Notes under the pieces: generated by a model
Database searches by the model: none
What the model saw: the letters and a program-made list of their open reading frames with translations, nothing else
Told to the model about the DNA's origin: nothing
Made by a program: the position numbers and the translations under genes
In this document: positions 26,158 through 28,977 of the stretch, piece after piece
Numbering within the stretch: the stretch's first letter is position 1
Layout: each line of letters opens with the position of its first letter
Assembly: GCA_030640725.1 (NCBI GenBank)
Contig: DAOWIV010000047.1
Coordinates: 1-28,977, forward strand
DNA length: 28,977 bases
Direction: 5' to 3'
DNA from: Methanosarcinales archaeon
GTDB taxonomy: Archaea; Halobacteriota; Methanosarcinia; Methanosarcinales; Methanogasteraceae

Positions 26158-27303
26158 ATGCTTCCCACAGACTTAATCGACCGCGCCCGCGCTGGCGAAT
26201 GCACAAAAGAGGATGCAGCGCTCCTTGCCACCGCACCGCTTCCAGAATTATTTCGGCTTGCTGACGAGCTACGCGCAGAAGCAGTCGGCGATACTGTAAC
26301 ATACATCCTCAACCGAAACATCAACTTCACGAGCCAGTGTATCGGAACATGCCGGTTCTGCGCATTCAGAGACCCGAGGGGCTACCGGATGGATATATCC
26401 GAGATTCTCGAGAAGGTGCGGGAGGCAGTCAGCACCGGCGCAACCGAGATCTGCATTCAGGGCGGGCTTCTCCCGGATATGCGACTGGATGGCTACTGCG
26501 AGATTCTTGAATCGATCAAATCCGAGTTTCCGGATATTCACCTGCATTCATACTCGCCGATGGAGGTTTACCATGCGTCACGAGACGGGGTGGGTGTCAA
26601 AGACGCGCTTGTTGCGCTGAAAGGTGCAGGGCTTGACACGATGCCGGGAACCGCAGCAGAGATCCTTGTGGACCGGGTGCGCAAAAGAATATGCCCGGGC
26701 AAGCTGAATACGGAAGACTGGGCAGGTGTCATCAGGACTGCGCACAATCTTGGCATCAGAACGACTGCAACGATCATGTACGGGCACATCGAGACGATGC
26801 AGGATCGAATCGACCACATCCTCCTGATACGGGATATCCAGAAGGCGACCCGTGGGTTCACAGAGTTTGTGCCGCTGCCGTTCATGCCGTACAACAACGA
26901 ACTCGGAAGCGAGATGCTCAAGAGCGGTAATTACGGCATCACTGGAATCGACGACCTGCGGATGCATGCGCTCGCACGAATCGTGCTCCACACCCACATC
27001 AAAAACATTCAGGCGAGCTGGGTGAAGCTCGGGACAAAACTCGCCCAGTACGCGCTCCATTGCGGCGCAAACGACCTCGGGGGGACACTCATGGAAGAGA
27101 AGATATCAAAATCAGCAGGGGCAACGTCAGGCGAATACATGTCGCCCGCGGAGTTTGAATGGATCATCGGAAAGGCGGGAAGGGTGCCGGCGGTGCGGGA
27201 TACGCTCTATTCACATCAGCAAACTTTTCACCAAACTTTTCACAAAAGTTTGATCAAAAACTGCCCTCCGGGCGGGGCAGCGACTTCAATTACTACGGAT
27301 TGA
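26158..27303 (+). CDS. cofH: FO synthase subunit CofH (radical SAM), with a repeat-derived C-terminal tail
   Basis: NRNINFTSQCIGTCRFCAF, EICIQGG, MPGTAAEIL, TATIMYGH, QASWVKLG, GANDLGGTLMEE and RDTLY. Confidence 0.93.
   Translation: MLPTDLIDRARAGECTKEDAALLATAPLPELFRLADELRAEAVGDTVTYILNRNINFTSQCIGTCRFCAFRDPRGYRMDISEILEKVREAVSTGATEICIQGGLLPDMRLDGYCEILESIKSEFPDIHLHSYSPMEVYHASRDGVGVKDALVALKGAGLDTMPGTAAEILVDRVRKRICPGKLNTEDWAGVIRTAHNLGIRTTATIMYGHIETMQDRIDHILLIRDIQKATRGFTEFVPLPFMPYNNELGSEMLKSGNYGITGIDDLRMHALARIVLHTHIKNIQASWVKLGTKLAQYALHCGANDLGGTLMEEKISKSAGATSGEYMSPAEFEWIIGKAGRVPAVRDTLYSHQQTFHQTFHKSLIKNCPPGGAATSITTD
27220..27277 (+). repeat. Two-hairpin repeat, copy A, with a 12-bp tandem duplication
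   Basis: CAAACTTTTCAC twice (27220, 27232). Stem CAAACTTTT-CAC-AAAAGTTTG, then ATCAAAAA and CTGCCC-TCC-GGGCGG. Confidence 0.85.
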
Positions 27304-27336
27304 TGAAGTGCGGGTCATTTCATACGGAGACTTCCG

Positions 27337-27870
27337 ATGGCTGAAAATCTACCTGTAAAAAACGACTCTCAGATCCTGCTTTACCAAACGGAAAGCGGTC
27401 AGACTAAAATAGAGGTCCTGCTCGAGGACGAGACTGTCTGGCTGACGCAGAAGTTGATGGCGGAGTTGTTCCAGACAACAAAGCAGAATATTAGCCTGCA
27501 TATCCAGAACATTTATGCGGAGGGTGAATTGACACCAGATTCAACCGTCAAGGAATACTTGACAGTTCAAAAAGAGGGAAGCAGACAAGTTTCCAGAGTG
27601 GTTGATTTTTATAATCTGGATATGATCATCTCTGTCGGTTATCGCGTAAAATCCCATGTTGCCACTCGATTCCGCCAATGGGCGACTCAGCGACTGCGGG
27701 AATATATTGTCGAGGGTTTTGTTCTTGATGATGAGCGGTTGAAAAACCCGGATCAGCCTTTTGATTATTTTGATGAACTTCTGCGCCGCATCCAGGACAT
27801 TCGCACGTCTGAACGACGGTTTTACCAGAAGATAACCGATATTTACGCCACAAGCATCGATTACGATCCA
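27337..27870 (+). pseudogene. Truncated RhuM-family (virulence RhuM) gene; the ORF reads on through repeats to 28176
   Basis: WLTQKLMAELF, YNLDMIISVGYRVKS, FRQWAT..LREY..GFVLDDERLK and IRTSERRFYQKITDIYATSIDYDP. Homology stops at aa 178, exactly where the repeat array begins. Confidence 0.85.
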
Positions 27871-28147
27871 CGATTTTTTCACAAAAAATCGAGTAAAAAC
27901 TGCCCTTCGGGCGGGGATGACGATATGCATCTTTACATAACGAAGGACGATATCTCTATAAAAAATCGAGCGAGAAATGCCTTTCGGATGGGAGTTACAG
28001 TTTTTGATCAAACTTTTGTGAAAAGTTTGCGAGTGAGAAATGCCCTTCGGGAGGGGGGTGGCAATATGCATCTTTACATACGAAGGACGATTTTTTCACA
28101 AAAAGTCGAGCGAGAAATGCCATTCAGGAGGGGGGTGATGATACACT
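27871..28147 (+). repeat. Degenerate tandem array of four two-hairpin units, with an inverted copy-A segment inside
   Basis: Units start at 27871, 27948, 28009 and 28088. Each has a 21-nt hairpin, an AG-purine-rich linker and TGCCYTTCGG-like sequence. ATATGCATCTTTACATA(A)CGAAGGA occurs at 27923 and 28065. Confidence 0.88.
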
Positions 28148-28293
28148 TAAGTGTGCACTGGAAAAGAACGCATTGAAGGAAGGAATAATGACTGATAAAT
28201 TCTTTGGAACACAACCAATACTGAGACAATGCACCCAATCGAGCAGACCCTGCAGAGAGATGGTCATGAATACCAAAGCAGAGGATCGATACA

Positions 28294-28977
28294 ATGACTA
28301 ACGCAGCCACAATCGGTGTTGTTGGCTACCACAACACTGGAAAGACGACTCTCGTCTGTGAACTGATCGAACGATTGAGAGGGCAGGGATATTCTGTGTC
28401 CACGGTAAAGAACATTCCAAAAGATGGATTTTCGATGGATGCAGAGGGAACAGACACATGGAGACATGGTGAATCGGGCGCCGGGGTGGTGGTCGCGAGC
28501 ACTTCGGATGAGACCACCTTCATCATGAAGACCGGCATGCCGCTTGAGGATATCCTGAGAATCACGGACAGCATGACGTCCCCTGATGTGATAATCGTTG
28601 AGGGGCACAAGACCGAGGCGATCCCGAAGATTGTTCTCGGCGAGATGCCAATCGAGAGCGAGGACGACGTGCGCAGGTACGATCCCGCAACCGACGACTT
28701 CGATTGCCTTTTCGATTACATAACAGAGACAATCGAGGTCAAGAAGACGTACAACAAACTTCCGGGGATGAATTGCAGAAAATGTGGATACAATGACTGC
28801 ATGGAGATGGCAGAGGCGATATTTCGGGGGGAAAAGGCAATATCCGATTGTCTGATGCAGGAAGGATTTGTGAGAGCTACCGTTGATGGAAAAGAGATAC
28901 CGATGGGGCCATTTGTCCAGGATATTGTCTCAAAGACGATTTTTGGGATGGTTGCGTCTCTGAAAGGCGTTGATTAC
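28294..28977 (+). CDS. mobB: Molybdopterin-guanine dinucleotide biosynthesis protein B with C-terminal Fe-S domain (partial, runs off window)
   Basis: Manual translation: IGVVGYHNTGKTTL, DAEGTDTWRH..SGA, DVIIVEGHK, then LPGMNCRKCGYNDC..C. GAGGA RBS. Absent from the ORF track because it has no stop in the window. Confidence 0.9.
   Translation, partial: MTNAATIGVVGYHNTGKTTLVCELIERLRGQGYSVSTVKNIPKDGFSMDAEGTDTWRHGESGAGVVVASTSDETTFIMKTGMPLEDILRITDSMTSPDVIIVEGHKTEAIPKIVLGEMPIESEDDVRRYDPATDDFDCLFDYITETIEVKKTYNKLPGMNCRKCGYNDCMEMAEAIFRGEKAISDCLMQEGFVRATVDGKEIPMGPFVQDIVSKTIFGMVASLKGVDY

Noticed and set aside
27871-28147. CRISPR array
   Set aside because: The repeats are degenerate, unit lengths are uneven, the inter-hairpin segments are copies of each other rather than unique spacers, and there are no cas genes or leader.

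Overview
Archaeal chromosomal window from an MCR-encoding Methanosarcinales-type organism. An ANME-2-like lineage is plausible but is inference only. Housekeeping genes: tuf-rpsJ, tRNA-Glu(CTC), rpl11-pus10, non-discriminating aspS, cdc6, an XPD/Rad3 helicase and rlmE. Methane-metabolism and cofactor genes: atwA (component A2)-mmp3-mmp6, cfbC, cofH, moaA, mobB, cooC, a larE-like gene and an isolated A-type ATP synthase subunit C. Also present are two cell-surface proteins and a sensor-less HisKA_2 kinase paired with a REC-GAF protein. Many normally clustered genes appear as isolated operon fragments, several with their own BRE-TATA promoters. The most unusual signal is non-coding. First, a family of about 50-79 nt two-hairpin repeats with compensatory stem changes lies between cofH and mobB. 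It brackets a RhuM gene fragment with a perfect 32-bp inverted repeat, truncates that gene at a repeat boundary and supplies a new CofH C-terminus. Second, a 147-bp element with 4+4 inverted 9-bp-period repeats and a nested hairpin lies downstream of the helicase. A MoxR AAA+ / small acidic protein / cfbC / degenerate Mrr-like locus also merits follow-up. No CRISPR array, transposase, integrase or rRNA gene was seen.
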